DNA from: a virus
Taxonomy: Duplodnaviria > Caudoviricetes
DNA length: 61,587 nt
Reading direction: 5' to 3' (one strand)
Virus record (IMG/VR): IMGVR_UViG_3300024517_000020
Coordinates: 1 to 61,587 of that record
Part shown: positions 35,705 to 45,880 of the stretch, in pieces
Numbering within the stretch: the stretch's first letter is position 1
Layout: every line of letters starts with the position of its first letter
Position numbers and translations under genes: made by a program
Notes under the pieces: generated by a model
What the model was told of the DNA's origin: nothing
Databases searched by the model: none
The model's input: the letters and a program-made list of their open reading frames with translations, nothing else

Positions 35705-35929
35705 ACATTTTATTTTTTCGTGCCTAGAAAATTAGTAAATGATATTAAGTATAGGTTTCTATACTAAGCATGAAAACACAACAAACACAAATGTTTCAAG
35801 ACACCGAAACATTAACACGATTAGCTGATAAGGCTAGAATATCTATTGTTACAGGCGACTTTTTCACTGCCTCAAAAATAGCAAAAGAAATAGAAAGAAT
35901 TAGCACCAATTTTGTGAGGGGTTTCTAAA

Positions 35930-36127
35930 TTGAGTCCTGAACAAAAATTTGATAAAATCAGCTTCATAGTTGATACAGAGTCAAGCATACACGATTTAGC
36001 CAAACAGCTACACCTTAACAGGGGTTTAGAATTTGGTGATTATTGCCAAAAAGCAGAATTGATTAAACGTGGAATTGATTTAGTCATTGAAGCAAAACAA
36101 GAATTAAGAGAGGCTGATTTAAATTGA
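35930..36127 (+). CDS. Small hypothetical protein (plus-strand array)
   Basis: SD-like motif upstream; coupled to the next gene. Confidence 0.6.
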   Translation: MSPEQKFDKISFIVDTESSIHDLAKQLHLNRGLEFGDYCQKAELIKRGIDLVIEAKQELREADLN

Positions 36128-36462
36128 ATTTCCAAGAAGCCCAAAACTGCATTCTAGCAGTAAAACCAACAATGAAAGCACCATACAAACCACAGCTTTT
36201 AAAATTGGTTTTAGAATCTGAAAATTTACAAGATTCTAAAGTCAACCTTCAGAAAAAAATGGCAAGTTTGAACCCACAAAATAAAAATTATTCGTGGGCT
36301 TCATGTCCTGTATGGAAAGCTATCCAAACCCAAAAATGCCCAACGGGTGAAAATTTGGTTATCTTTGATAAAACCACGAAAATTTTTAAAATGAACGTGG
36401 ACACTTTAACAAGTGAGCAAAAAAGAAAATTGATTTCTTTAGTGGGGGACTTGTTAAAATGA
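36124..36462 (+). CDS. Hypothetical protein
   Basis: Coupled ORF with junction motif. Confidence 0.65.
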   Translation: MNFQEAQNCILAVKPTMKAPYKPQLLKLVLESENLQDSKVNLQKKMASLNPQNKNYSWASCPVWKAIQTQKCPTGENLVIFDKTTKIFKMNVDTLTSEQKRKLISLVGDLLK

Positions 36463-36601
36463 CAAAAGAAACAAGAATCCAATATCATAATAGAATGATA
36501 AAGGAAGCTTCAGAAATACAGGCAGTTTGTAACCATGATTTTACTTTTGAAATCATGGGTGATAAAGTCTGTAAATGTGGATTGATTGAGGGCGATTTAA
36601 A

Positions 36602-36907
36602 TTGACTTTAATCGAAACCATACAAAACCAACAAAGTCATAACATCAAAGACATTAAGACAGTAAAAAAAGCAGTTGTCACAATGTCAGGAAACATGATT
36701 TATTGTAGGCATTATGATACTATCATATTTGCTTATGATATAGAATCAAAACTTTGTGAAATTGTTAAAGACTGTTCGACAACTTCAAACAGACAAATCA
36801 AATATTTGATTGAAGCATTGAACATTGATGAAAGTCAAGTTACAGACTTGGACAAAAACCATCAAAAATTCTCAAAGTGGGAATTTTCAGGGGAATTTAC
36901 ACAATGA
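36602..36907 (+). CDS. Hypothetical protein
   Basis: HYDTII...STTSNRQI. Junction motif upstream. Confidence 0.65.
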   Translation: MTLIETIQNQQSHNIKDIKTVKKAVVTMSGNMIYCRHYDTIIFAYDIESKLCEIVKDCSTTSNRQIKYLIEALNIDESQVTDLDKNHQKFSKWEFSGEFTQ

Positions 36908-37320
36908 CTGGTCTAGACCAAGTTGCAAAAGAAATTTTGCACAAAAAAACCACGTTTAAAGCCTTTATCGAATCGGGTAATTACCTGATTAGCATAGTAG
37001 AAAAAAGAAATACCGACACAGGGCATTATTTTTTCAATGCTGAAAATATGCGTGGCTTTAGTTGTCGAGTTTTGGAACTGGCATGGCGTAAGGACTGTTT
37101 AATATCAGAAATACCCGTACATGATGAAATTTATTTCATCACTTCGGAAGCTGATAGGGACAGTTTCACCTATCATAAAGGGTGCATTAGGGCTTATACT
37201 GTCAGAAAATTAAGAATTGACGGAAGTATAGAAACTATCGGTGACTTTCAAGAACACGCCACAAAAAGAGAAGCACAAAAAGCGATTTATGAAATCGTAA
37301 GTGAGGGCTTGAAGATATGA
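36904..37320 (+). CDS. Hypothetical protein
   Basis: ATGA-coupled start. GHYFF...YFITSE...RAYTVR. Confidence 0.65.
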   Translation: MTGLDQVAKEILHKKTTFKAFIESGNYLISIVEKRNTDTGHYFFNAENMRGFSCRVLELAWRKDCLISEIPVHDEIYFITSEADRDSFTYHKGCIRAYTVRKLRIDGSIETIGDFQEHATKREAQKAIYEIVSEGLKI

Positions 37321-37459
37321 ATTATATCGAATTACAAAAATATAATTCGTTAATGTCCACATTAGCACAACATGAAAAAATAATAATTTTCATGTATGCC
37401 AAAGATGAACCAAAAAAGAGTATTCTAAAAATTATTAGAGAATACATAAAGGAACATGA

Positions 37460-37777
37460 ATGGCAAAACGAGGACTTGACATAATGTCCTTAATCGTTCA
37501 CCTACTGAACCAAATCAGCCAGTATGAAGTAGGAAATATTGACAAACTACCAACTGTAAAAGAGTATAAAAAACTCTTTAACAGTTTGGACTTTGATGAA
37601 ATCGACAACTTTTTGAGAGGTTGCGAAAGTCATATTTCTTCAGTTCAGAAAACTGAACACTTGGTAGAATCACAGAAAAAAGATATCTGTCATAATGTTT
37701 TAGTTTTGTACAAAATGGCAAAGCCTATTGCAACAAAAAAGATGAAGTCTAGGTTAATGGGGGACTTGAAACAATGA
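37460..37777 (+). CDS. Hypothetical protein
   Basis: ORF in the array; ends in the junction motif. Confidence 0.55.
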   Translation: MAKRGLDIMSLIVHLLNQISQYEVGNIDKLPTVKEYKKLFNSLDFDEIDNFLRGCESHISSVQKTEHLVESQKKDICHNVLVLYKMAKPIATKKMKSRLMGDLKQ

Positions 37778-38025
37778 CTAAAGAAGCTAAAGAAGCCATA
37801 TTATGGTATAAAGATGAAATAAAAATCGCAAGATTACAAAACAACAAAAAAGGTGTTAAAGAACTAAAAAAAGAGTTAAAAGCAGAACAAAAACACTGTA
37901 AAAAATTGAGGGCTTGAACTAATGCCCTTAATCATTCATCTGTTAAATCAGATACTATACAAAAAATATCCAAAACTTAGAGTCATTGAGCATAATTCTC
38001 ATTATAATGAGAGGGTGGTTGAAAA

Positions 38026-38223
38026 ATGAACGATAAAGACTTGGAAAAATTGTACAAATTAAACCTTGACTTGTTTGATTCATGGTCTGAACTGTACGAT
38101 ATAGAAACAGACCCCGAAGCTAAAGAAGCCATGAAAACCCATCTTGATTCAATGGACTTGATTTTAGGGTGGCTGGAAAAGACTTTGCAATACAAGGACG
38201 AAACTGTGAGGACTTTAAGATGA
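38026..38223 (+). CDS. Hypothetical protein
   Basis: GAGGGTGG SD-like motif upstream. Confidence 0.6.
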   Translation: MNDKDLEKLYKLNLDLFDSWSELYDIETDPEAKEAMKTHLDSMDLILGWLEKTLQYKDETVRTLR

Positions 38224-38447
38224 ATCGTAATATATTATTAGAGTTTCAACGCAAAGACAAAAGGTTTAATGAAGTTGAATTAATGCTAGATTTCTTTAGA
38301 CACATAGACAATAATTGGTATAGGTTATGTGACTATGATAAAAAAGAAAACAAAGTAAGAATTTATTCAACTTACAGCGATATTAAAAACGTTGTACTTG
38401 ATTTCAAAAATTACAAGGCAGTAGGGTTTAAGAGAGTTGAAACATGA
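38220..38447 (+). CDS. Hypothetical protein
   Basis: ATGA-coupled. Confidence 0.55.
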   Translation: MNRNILLEFQRKDKRFNEVELMLDFFRHIDNNWYRLCDYDKKENKVRIYSTYSDIKNVVLDFKNYKAVGFKRVET

Positions 38448-38752
38448 GATACATTAAACAATACACGCAAGACGAATGGAATCGGTTTGATATTGACATA
38501 CAGGAAATGTTATGCACAAAATATAATATCAGGTTGATTGACTTTCAAACAAAAGAAGAAATAAAAAACCAGCTTGAAAAACAATTTATTCCCTTAGTGG
38601 GTGAGGCTAAACGAAAGTCTAAAGAAAGAAAGATTCAAATCACTAAACAGGTATTTCATACAATGGGCGAGATAGGTAAGGGCACGTTGCAACTAATTGA
38701 TGCGTTCAGCACAAAGCCAGCACCAAAGAAAAGAAGGAAGCGTAAAAGATGA
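38444..38752 (+). CDS. Hypothetical protein with basic tail
   Basis: ATGA-coupled. Confidence 0.6.
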   Translation: MRYIKQYTQDEWNRFDIDIQEMLCTKYNIRLIDFQTKEEIKNQLEKQFIPLVGEAKRKSKERKIQITKQVFHTMGEIGKGTLQLIDAFSTKPAPKKRRKRKR

Positions 38753-38958
38753 CAATTCAATGCAAGAACGTGTGTCTTAATCCAGAGTATGCACATAAAA
38801 AAACCGTAAGAAACTTGACAGAAACGCCTTACAAAAAATGTTCTAGGTGTTGTTTGTTCATAAAATATGAGGGTGTATTTTGTCCGTGTTGTGGTGTCAA
38901 GCTGTCCAACAGGGCAAAGAATAACAGTTCTAGGAAAAGACGACTAGATGCGTTGTAA
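38749..38958 (+). CDS. Cys-rich Zn-binding protein
   Basis: CSRCC...CPCCG. Confidence 0.65.
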   Translation: MTIQCKNVCLNPEYAHKKTVRNLTETPYKKCSRCCLFIKYEGVFCPCCGVKLSNRAKNNSSRKRRLDAL

Positions 38959-39237
38959 GACTTGTAAAAAAGTCGTAAAGGCTGGGACGGCAAACAAAAA
39001 ACATTGTTGGATATCAAATCAAAGATGTGGTGAGTGTCATTACATTGGCGGTTCAAAATTCATTCACAAGCGTGGGTGGGCTAAAGTTATAAGCCAAAAA
39101 GTGGTCTAGACATTATGACAAAACGCTATCATGTTTGTACAAAATGTAAGCCAAAAGAGCCAAATCAACCCTAAACTATTTATGCTATTTCCCATAGAAA
39201 ACTATACACTTAATACCTACTACAATAATTACTAATC

Positions 39238-39432
39238 ATGGAAAACAAAAACCAAAATCAACTCGTTCAATCTGATGAAAGTAACGAGGCAAAAATGTCA
39301 GAACAATATGGACTAGGCTATTCATGTTGCTATTGCAAAGAGCCTATCAAAGACAAAGACATACCAAGAGAAGTATTGGAAAAAATTTCAATGCAGTTGG
39401 TTTGGCACATGAACTGTGAGGTTGAACAATGA
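39238..39432 (+). CDS. Small Zn-binding protein
   Basis: CCYC...HMNC. TATA-like box upstream. Confidence 0.6.
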   Translation: MENKNQNQLVQSDESNEAKMSEQYGLGYSCCYCKEPIKDKDIPREVLEKISMQLVWHMNCEVEQ

Positions 39433-39635
39433 CCTATGATGAAATCATGGAAAAAGGGGACAAAATAATGTCCAAAAGAAAGATAGATGAAAGACAGGCT
39501 AGAGGTGAATCAGTTTCACTTGATGAAATATTCAATGAAGCTGATGAAATCGGTAAAATGTTAGAAGAAAGTATGGGGTCTGAAAGATTCAATACTGCAA
39601 TAAAGGCAGTAAAAGATGAGGGCTTGAAACAATGA
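39429..39635 (+). CDS. Hypothetical protein
   Basis: ATGA-coupled. Confidence 0.6.
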   Translation: MTYDEIMEKGDKIMSKRKIDERQARGESVSLDEIFNEADEIGKMLEESMGSERFNTAIKAVKDEGLKQ

Positions 39636-39946
39636 CTGTCAAAAAAGGCAGATATTGTGTAGGGGAAATAGGAGTAGATGCTGGACTGGTCTGGGTGGGT
39701 GACCCTTGTTTTATCAAGCATCACCCCGAACTGTATGACGAGTCAAAGTGGGGGGACTTTTGTGCAAACATTGAGGACTTACCAAGTGAGAAATGTGATG
39801 GTGTTGCAACGTTCACCAACTGGGGTGACGGTTCATACCCCGTCTATGTCAGCTTTGACAAAGAAGGACGTCCTACAAAACTCGAAGTGATATTCACTCG
39901 AATGTATTCAGACAAAGACGAAGCAAAAGGAATTGAATACCAATGA
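39632..39946 (+). CDS. DUF4241-like protein
   Basis: IGVDAG...GDP...WGDGSYPVY motif. Confidence 0.65.
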   Translation: MTVKKGRYCVGEIGVDAGLVWVGDPCFIKHHPELYDESKWGDFCANIEDLPSEKCDGVATFTNWGDGSYPVYVSFDKEGRPTKLEVIFTRMYSDKDEAKGIEYQ

Positions 39947-40128
39947 CTAAGAGAAAAACCAAAGTCGAAGAAAATGAACCTGAATCTCTTTGTTGGTGTG
40001 CATGGTGTGGTGAGTATGGTACAGATGAATATATGTACAAAAACAGGGGTGACTGGTATCATGCAAACTGTGTAATTGGTTCTTCAGAATCAGATAAAGA
40101 GTTTCTCTTTGGGGAAATAAAACAATGA
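39943..40128 (+). CDS. Small Zn-binding protein
   Basis: CAWC...HANC. Confidence 0.6.
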   Translation: MTKRKTKVEENEPESLCWCAWCGEYGTDEYMYKNRGDWYHANCVIGSSESDKEFLFGEIKQ

Positions 40129-40337
40129 ATAAAAGAACCCATACTCATTTGTTTGTACAGGATTCAAAAACCGAATCTATTGATTTACAAATCAATATGT
40201 ATGGTTATGAGAATAGTTGTAAGCCAATTCATACGTCAATGGTAATAAATCAAGAAACTACCACATACGCAAATACAAAACTTACTGTATTGGTAATTTT
40301 TGAAGCCATAAAAAGAACAGGGGACGGGTTTGATTGA
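40125..40337 (+). CDS. Hypothetical protein
   Basis: ATGA-coupled. Confidence 0.5.
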   Translation: MNKRTHTHLFVQDSKTESIDLQINMYGYENSCKPIHTSMVINQETTTYANTKLTVLVIFEAIKRTGDGFD

Positions 40338-40638
40338 AATCCGTAAGGCTTCCGAGTCTGAAGCAAAGACAATAATCAATACAATACTTGGTGAGTTGCA
40401 AGACCCTAAAACATGTAACCATAGAATGGTAAGTTTCCATTCAAAAAGTAATACTTCAGGATTTGACGGGGGTTATGGAAATCTAGTAGGCAAGTGTCTG
40501 GACTGTGGTTCTATAATTCTGACACATTACGAAATGACAGGTGACGAAATCCTGACTGACAAGGAATGGCTTGAAAGTTTGTACGAAAAACGTGACGGAT
40601 TTAGGGGGTATGGATATTATGAAAAAGATATTTCTTGA
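40330..40638 (+). CDS. Zn-ribbon hypothetical protein
   Basis: CNH...CLDCG. Confidence 0.55.
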   Translation: MIEIRKASESEAKTIINTILGELQDPKTCNHRMVSFHSKSNTSGFDGGYGNLVGKCLDCGSIILTHYEMTGDEILTDKEWLESLYEKRDGFRGYGYYEKDIS

Positions 40639-40903
40639 TGAGAACATCAGGAATGTAAAGCTTGTACGGAAGCTGCAAAAGTTGGGCTACAAGATATTAT
40701 TCAAGCCAAAGGGAATGTCAGATTATGACTTGGAAGATTGGATTGTAACCCGTGACGATGTAATCATGGTCACTAGGGACATAGAGTTTGACTTGAAGTT
40801 TGTAGAAAACAAGTCGTTTCTAATTGACACCAGCGAACCCGTAGACGGTTGTGTGATATTGATTGATGCCTTTATGAGTCAGTTTAAGGAAGAAATACTA
40901 TGA
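40619..40903 (+). CDS. PIN-like (DUF5615/Mut7-C type) nuclease domain protein
   Basis: IFLDENI...L..LGY...SD...IMVTRD.EF signature. Confidence 0.7.
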   Translation: MKKIFLDENIRNVKLVRKLQKLGYKILFKPKGMSDYDLEDWIVTRDDVIMVTRDIEFDLKFVENKSFLIDTSEPVDGCVILIDAFMSQFKEEIL

Positions 40904-41234
40904 TAAAATCAAATTACATCCCTGATAAAGATACAGTGTGTCCATGTGGTAGTTCTAAACTGTTTAAAGTATATCCAAATTCAGACATACTATTTTGTGA
41001 AAATTGTAGTAATTGGTTTGATGAAGAATAACTATTTCTTTTTACTTTTCTTTTTTTTGTAAGTCTTTGGAATACTTCGATTATATTTTGTTCTGCAAGA
41101 ACCTTTTACACCTGTCATTTCTTTTTTGGTTTTGCTTTAAAATGTGACCCAACTTTAACATGTCCCTTGTTGTGTGGTCTATTTCCTTTTTTAAACGGCA
41201 TTAATTATGTACAAAAACAAATGATATTTAAAGA

Positions 41235-41813
41235 CTACCATGCCTCTTTGACTGACTCAAGACTGGCTTTTAGATAGTGGTCAACAGTCATTGACGGCTT
41301 TGCATGTCTGAGGTGTTTGGATATTACGGGAATTGATGCCGCCTTTTCACCATATGTTCCACTTAACATCTCTTTGCCAATACTTTTTCTGAACAAATGT
41401 GTCACAACTTTTTCACCCACTTCAGTTTCAAGACTTTGCCATGCGGCAATATCCAAATCTAACCCGATTCTTTTACACCATACATACAATCGGGGGTATG
41501 TCAAACCGTCAAATAGCCTACCTTTTTCCTTGAAGATTAACCATGTCTTTAATTCTTGTACAAAAATATGAGGAATGTGTGCCGTGTCTTGTTTCTTTGT
41601 CTTGGTTTTACCTAGATAAATTTCCCTATCTTCCAAGTTAAAACTTTCTTTCTTTAAATGAATTGCCTCATTGGCTCGTAGGGCACAATAATACATGGTC
41701 TTGTATAACATCTTGATGTCCTCGTCTTTCCATTTACGAATACTCAGCATCGGAATGTACTCAACAATCCTATCAAAAGTCTCTGGGGAAATATAATTTA
41801 CCTTGTCTTGCAT
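41235..41813 (-). CDS. Tyrosine recombinase, catalytic domain only (192 aa)
   Basis: LRANE, KTK, HLFR, LRH, DHY. Confidence 0.88.
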   Translation of the reverse strand: MQDKVNYISPETFDRIVEYIPMLSIRKWKDEDIKMLYKTMYYCALRANEAIHLKKESFNLEDREIYLGKTKTKKQDTAHIPHIFVQELKTWLIFKEKGRLFDGLTYPRLYVWCKRIGLDLDIAAWQSLETEVGEKVVTHLFRKSIGKEMLSGTYGEKAASIPVISKHLRHAKPSMTVDHYLKASLESVKEAW

Positions 41814-42103
41814 TAGAAAACTCTAGGTTTTTTACCCTTACCATGTTTACATTTTGTTTTGCCGCAGGCTGGACATCGTTTACCATCTTTTACTTTGTAA
41901 TTGGTTACTCCATAACCATATCCATCAAGAGGCATTAGCAAACAGTTCCCGAAAAGTATAACCCAAATGCCACACCTGTACATGCACCCATGATGCCATA
42001 TAACACTAATAATTTTTTAAGTTTAGTTCGTTTAATATTAACTAAATCCTGTGCTGGTTTAATGTCCCAATCTCGCATACCCAACAAAACCTCTCTTAGT
42101 ATT

Positions 42104-42442
42104 TTAAGGTTCTGTGAAACCGTGATTCATTTCTAAAGTGTCAGGCGGTGTAAATTTATCTACACCACAATCATTAGCGTATAACTTGTGTAGTTTGATG
42201 TGTTGTTCAGGAGTCAAGTCATTGTGGTCTGGATAACCATAATTTTCAACGGACATCATGTAGTACAAAATCTTCTCACAATTCCATGAGTGAAAAAATT
42301 CTAATTCAGAATCATAAATAGTCCAGCCAACTAACACTATTGTTAGTACAGTGCCCATGACTATGAATCCTGTATTTTTATGTAAAAATCTTTTGAATGG
42401 TGGAAGTTTGTCATACCTTCCGTTATATTTTCTGTCAGTCAA
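42104..42442 (-). CDS. Membrane-anchored protein
   Basis: Homolog of 13563-13775. Confidence 0.75.
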   Translation of the reverse strand: MTDRKYNGRYDKLPPFKRFLHKNTGFIVMGTVLTIVLVGWTIYDSELEFFHSWNCEKILYYMMSVENYGYPDHNDLTPEQHIKLHKLYANDCGVDKFTPPDTLEMNHGFTEP

Positions 42443-43442
42443 GTCCTATCCTCAATTCCTTATTGTTTTGCATGGCGTTCTTCAACCAGTTTTGATAAAC
42501 CAATGCTGGTGAACTTTCCCAATCTGACATTCTATTAAAGTCGGTCTGTTTGACTGGTGTTACTATTGTTGGTATGTCAAGCTCACCATTACATGCGTTC
42601 TTTGCGTACTCCACTGCTTGTTCAATCAGGTTCATACTAGGTGCAACCATAATTTGTTTACAGTCTGCACTTGTTTTAAAATTTTTCCAAACGGTATATG
42701 CGTTATCTTGGAATCCCCTTTGATTATCACTACCATGTAATGCCATAGTCTTAAAATCAGTTACCTGAATTTCTATGTTGACTGACTTACGTTGAAAATC
42801 AGCATCAGGGTCAACCATAATTAGATTAAATTCATTGGTGTCATAAAATTTCCAATGTTTTTTCATAATGTCAACTCTCACAACATCGTTCTCACCCTCA
42901 ATCATTACACCTGAAACCAGTGGGTCAGTTGTATCAAAGGCATCAAAGAGCTCACGATATGTAGGGCAATTAGTGTGCAAGTCATACTGAATAAGAGTTT
43001 GACAGTTCTTGCTTAGTGTAATTGATATGTTATTGTAACGTTCAGGATTAGAATTAACCTTTAACAGTCGTTCCATTTTTTTATCCTCAAGTTCAAGTAA
43101 TGTTTTTTTCAAGTCAAGTGCTTCACCAACTTCATCTTGTAGTTTTACCATGTCCTTCAAATCATTATAGCTTACACGCCATTCACTTTTCAACTCAAGA
43201 GTTCGGTGTTGAATCGCTTGCTTCATGGCTAACGAGTTGTCGTAATCTTCCTCTTGTTCGTTCTGTTTAAAGGCTCGGTATAATTCGTTAAGTTTAATTT
43301 CCAAAGCAACCCTATCAACCATTATTCCATCATACTTTGTTTGTAATTCCTCAACCTCAAGTGTCAGGATGTCCAATTCCAGTTGCATGTCAACAAGTGC
43401 TTCTGAGTTACCAAGTATGAGCAACATTACCATCTCAATCAT
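42435..43442 (-). CDS. Coiled-coil protein
   Basis: Homolog of 10357-11358 (ISITLSKNCQ...NCPTY...HWKFYD...VDPDADF). Confidence 0.85.
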   Translation of the reverse strand: MIEMVMLLILGNSEALVDMQLELDILTLEVEELQTKYDGIMVDRVALEIKLNELYRAFKQNEQEEDYDNSLAMKQAIQHRTLELKSEWRVSYNDLKDMVKLQDEVGEALDLKKTLLELEDKKMERLLKVNSNPERYNNISITLSKNCQTLIQYDLHTNCPTYRELFDAFDTTDPLVSGVMIEGENDVVRVDIMKKHWKFYDTNEFNLIMVDPDADFQRKSVNIEIQVTDFKTMALHGSDNQRGFQDNAYTVWKNFKTSADCKQIMVAPSMNLIEQAVEYAKNACNGELDIPTIVTPVKQTDFNRMSDWESSPALVYQNWLKNAMQNNKELRIGLD

Positions 43443-43729
43443 TCTTCAAATCCCAATAACAAAAGTTCCATAGATGAAGGTATAACTTTTCTGGAGTAAA
43501 TTCTTTGCCACATAACAAACACTTCAATATCTCTTATGTTCCCTTCTATTTCTAGCAGTTTTACTTCTTGATTGAAAACGTAAGTGAGAATTATAACAAT
43601 TTGGATTTGGACACATTGTTAATTTTAATTCCTTTAAAAAAATTTGATTACATTCCAAACAAACTGAATGTTTTGAATAATCTGTATATGGTCTAGACAT
43701 GCCCTAACTATAACAAACTATACCCATAT

Positions 43730-44017
43730 TTAAATACGAGCATGGTTCATTTGTTCAGTCCTTTTAGCTGAAGGTGATTTAGGTTTATGTCTAAGTTTTT
43801 GATTACAATCTGGACACCTCAACATATCTTTAGGGAATTTTTTCATCTTTCGTTCTGAACACCCGTTACAATATGAGTATAAATCATAATTTCTACCACT
43901 CATAATTTTGTACTTCCCATATAATGACATGAACCACATTGTTGTGCCGCAATCCAACAATGATACTTGTTTGTAACTTTGACAACCCTGCCACATGTCT
44001 TGCATCTCATGTTTCAT
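43730..44017 (-). CDS. Zn-ribbon protein (true start probably ~43903)
   Basis: CNGC...CPDC. Homolog of 13775-13969. Confidence 0.6.
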   Translation of the reverse strand: MKHEMQDMWQGCQSYKQVSLLDCGTTMWFMSLYGKYKIMSGRNYDLYSYCNGCSERKMKKFPKDMLRCPDCNQKLRHKPKSPSAKRTEQMNHARI

Positions 44018-45668
44018 CAGTTCCCTCTAGTGTTGTTTGTTGTGGTTCTCTGAACTCAATGTTAAGCCAAATTCTTTCGTGGTCTGACTTTGAATCTTCA
44101 TAATATTCTGAAAATGCCTTACTAAATTTACCCATGCCCATAGGGACTTCACCTTTATCAAACATAATTTTTTTGTAAAATTGATAGGTGTCACGTTTTG
44201 ACCTTGAACTTATCGAATCTGAAATATGATTCTCGACAAACCAATTCAAAGGGTCAGAATTTTCATTCCATAATTTTTGAACTGTTTTCCAGTCTTTAGG
44301 ATTTGTGAATCTGTTTGAATCGTATAGCCCTTTTGCAACATGAACCAAACATGAAAATACCAAATCCATTTCTTCCGTTTTTTCCAGCAGTTCCTTTTTC
44401 AAATTATCATTTCTGTCAACATCTTTTTCAAAATTTCTTAGCCACTTGACTAAAATCCAACGTCTGAAGAATCCCTGACTTTGGTCAAAGACTCTGGGAA
44501 ACTTGTTACATGAAAATACCAGTGATGCGAAAGGGTACAAGTCAAATCCATTCTTGTTTTTTTGTTGTGCATGTACTGGTTCACCTGAAGATAAATCCTT
44601 GATGATACCTGTATGGTACAACTCATTTCTTTCCAAGTCAGAAAATATGTTTGCGTGTTTTCCGTCCAGCCTTGCTGAAGCAAATTTATCTTCAGCTAAA
44701 ACCTGTAATGGAATGTGTGACACATTATCCCTACCAAGTATTGAAGAAAGATAATCAAGACACACTGATTTTCCATTAGCACCATTACCCAACATGATGA
44801 AACTTCTTTCATCAATCTGTTTTCTAATAATTGTTGAAGCCATCATTTCTAAAACAGATAACATCGACTCATCATCAATGACATCATTGATTGTAAATGA
44901 TGATTCTAAAAATTGCCAAAATAAAGTATGCTGTAAGTTGTTTGCCAATCCAATAAAAATATCGGTTCCAATTTCAAATTCAGGTTCAACATAATTCAAA
45001 GGCAATAAAACTTTTGCCAAATTAAGGGGGGTATGTGGACTCAATTTCATCGTCTGTAAATCAAGCATACCATTTTGTACGACTAACATATCAATGTCGT
45101 TGTCAAAATGGTCAAGACTCTCATAGGTTCTTGATTTTATCTTATCAATGACCTCTGACTTGTCAGACTTGGTACACTCTACAATTTGTGCTTCAGTTTC
45201 TTGTTTAACTACTGACTCACAATTTTTGGCATCATAAATTTTACCATTAAAATAATAGATAGTGTCCGTTTCTCTAGCAGTTTTAAAATTATATTTATCA
45301 ATCAATCTTGTTGCAATAATATCAATTCTGTCTTTGTGTTCATGTTTTACAGTTTCTAAAGTGGTTGCATCAAATCTTATCTTATCATTAAAAGAAATTG
45401 GTTCCATAGATGTTGTTGCATTTCTACCATGTGAAACATTGGTACATTGACAAAATGTTTTCATTCCATTGTTGATGTAATTCTTTTCACATTCCTCATG
45501 GGCTTTCCAGTCCCCCCCGTTTCTACAATAATCACATAAAGTAAGTCTTGATAATTGAATTTTATCATGGTACTCTGGACATAGACCCTCTTTGGAACAA
45601 TTCTCGTAATCACCTTTAAGGCAAAAATCACAGTTGGTAATAGTTTTATCATCTGGGATTAAAGTCAT
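44007..45668 (-). CDS. Superfamily 3 (D5/P4-type) replicative helicase with N-terminal Cys/His clusters
   Basis: Walker A GNGANGKS, motif C LVFSCN, FFRRW, and a D5_N-like region (QNGMLDL...PHTP). No obvious primase domain. Confidence 0.88.
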   Translation of the reverse strand: MTLIPDDKTITNCDFCLKGDYENCSKEGLCPEYHDKIQLSRLTLCDYCRNGGDWKAHEECEKNYINNGMKTFCQCTNVSHGRNATTSMEPISFNDKIRFDATTLETVKHEHKDRIDIIATRLIDKYNFKTARETDTIYYFNGKIYDAKNCESVVKQETEAQIVECTKSDKSEVIDKIKSRTYESLDHFDNDIDMLVVQNGMLDLQTMKLSPHTPLNLAKVLLPLNYVEPEFEIGTDIFIGLANNLQHTLFWQFLESSFTINDVIDDESMLSVLEMMASTIIRKQIDERSFIMLGNGANGKSVCLDYLSSILGRDNVSHIPLQVLAEDKFASARLDGKHANIFSDLERNELYHTGIIKDLSSGEPVHAQQKNKNGFDLYPFASLVFSCNKFPRVFDQSQGFFRRWILVKWLRNFEKDVDRNDNLKKELLEKTEEMDLVFSCLVHVAKGLYDSNRFTNPKDWKTVQKLWNENSDPLNWFVENHISDSISSRSKRDTYQFYKKIMFDKGEVPMGMGKFSKAFSEYYEDSKSDHERIWLNIEFREPQQTTLEGTDET

Positions 45669-45853
45669 AGTATCGATTCCTTTTCTGTGATAAGACTGGA
45701 CTCGCCACTAGGGGATTCGTCACCCCTAGTGTATTCAACCAAAAATTTTATCATAAGTGCCTCAATTAACCTAGACCTTGTTTGGTCGTCAACTTCTTCA
45801 TCAAATGCCTTTACCACTTCAACATTTAATGAATAATTCTTGACTACTTTCAA
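45665..45853 (-). CDS. Ribbon-helix-helix regulator
   Basis: KNYSLNVEVVKAFDE...RSRLIEALM. Coupled to the helicase gene. Confidence 0.7.
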   Translation of the reverse strand: MKVVKNYSLNVEVVKAFDEEVDDQTRSRLIEALMIKFLVEYTRGDESPSGESSLITEKESIL

Positions 45854-45880
45854 TATTTATCTATATTTTGGTGAATTAAT

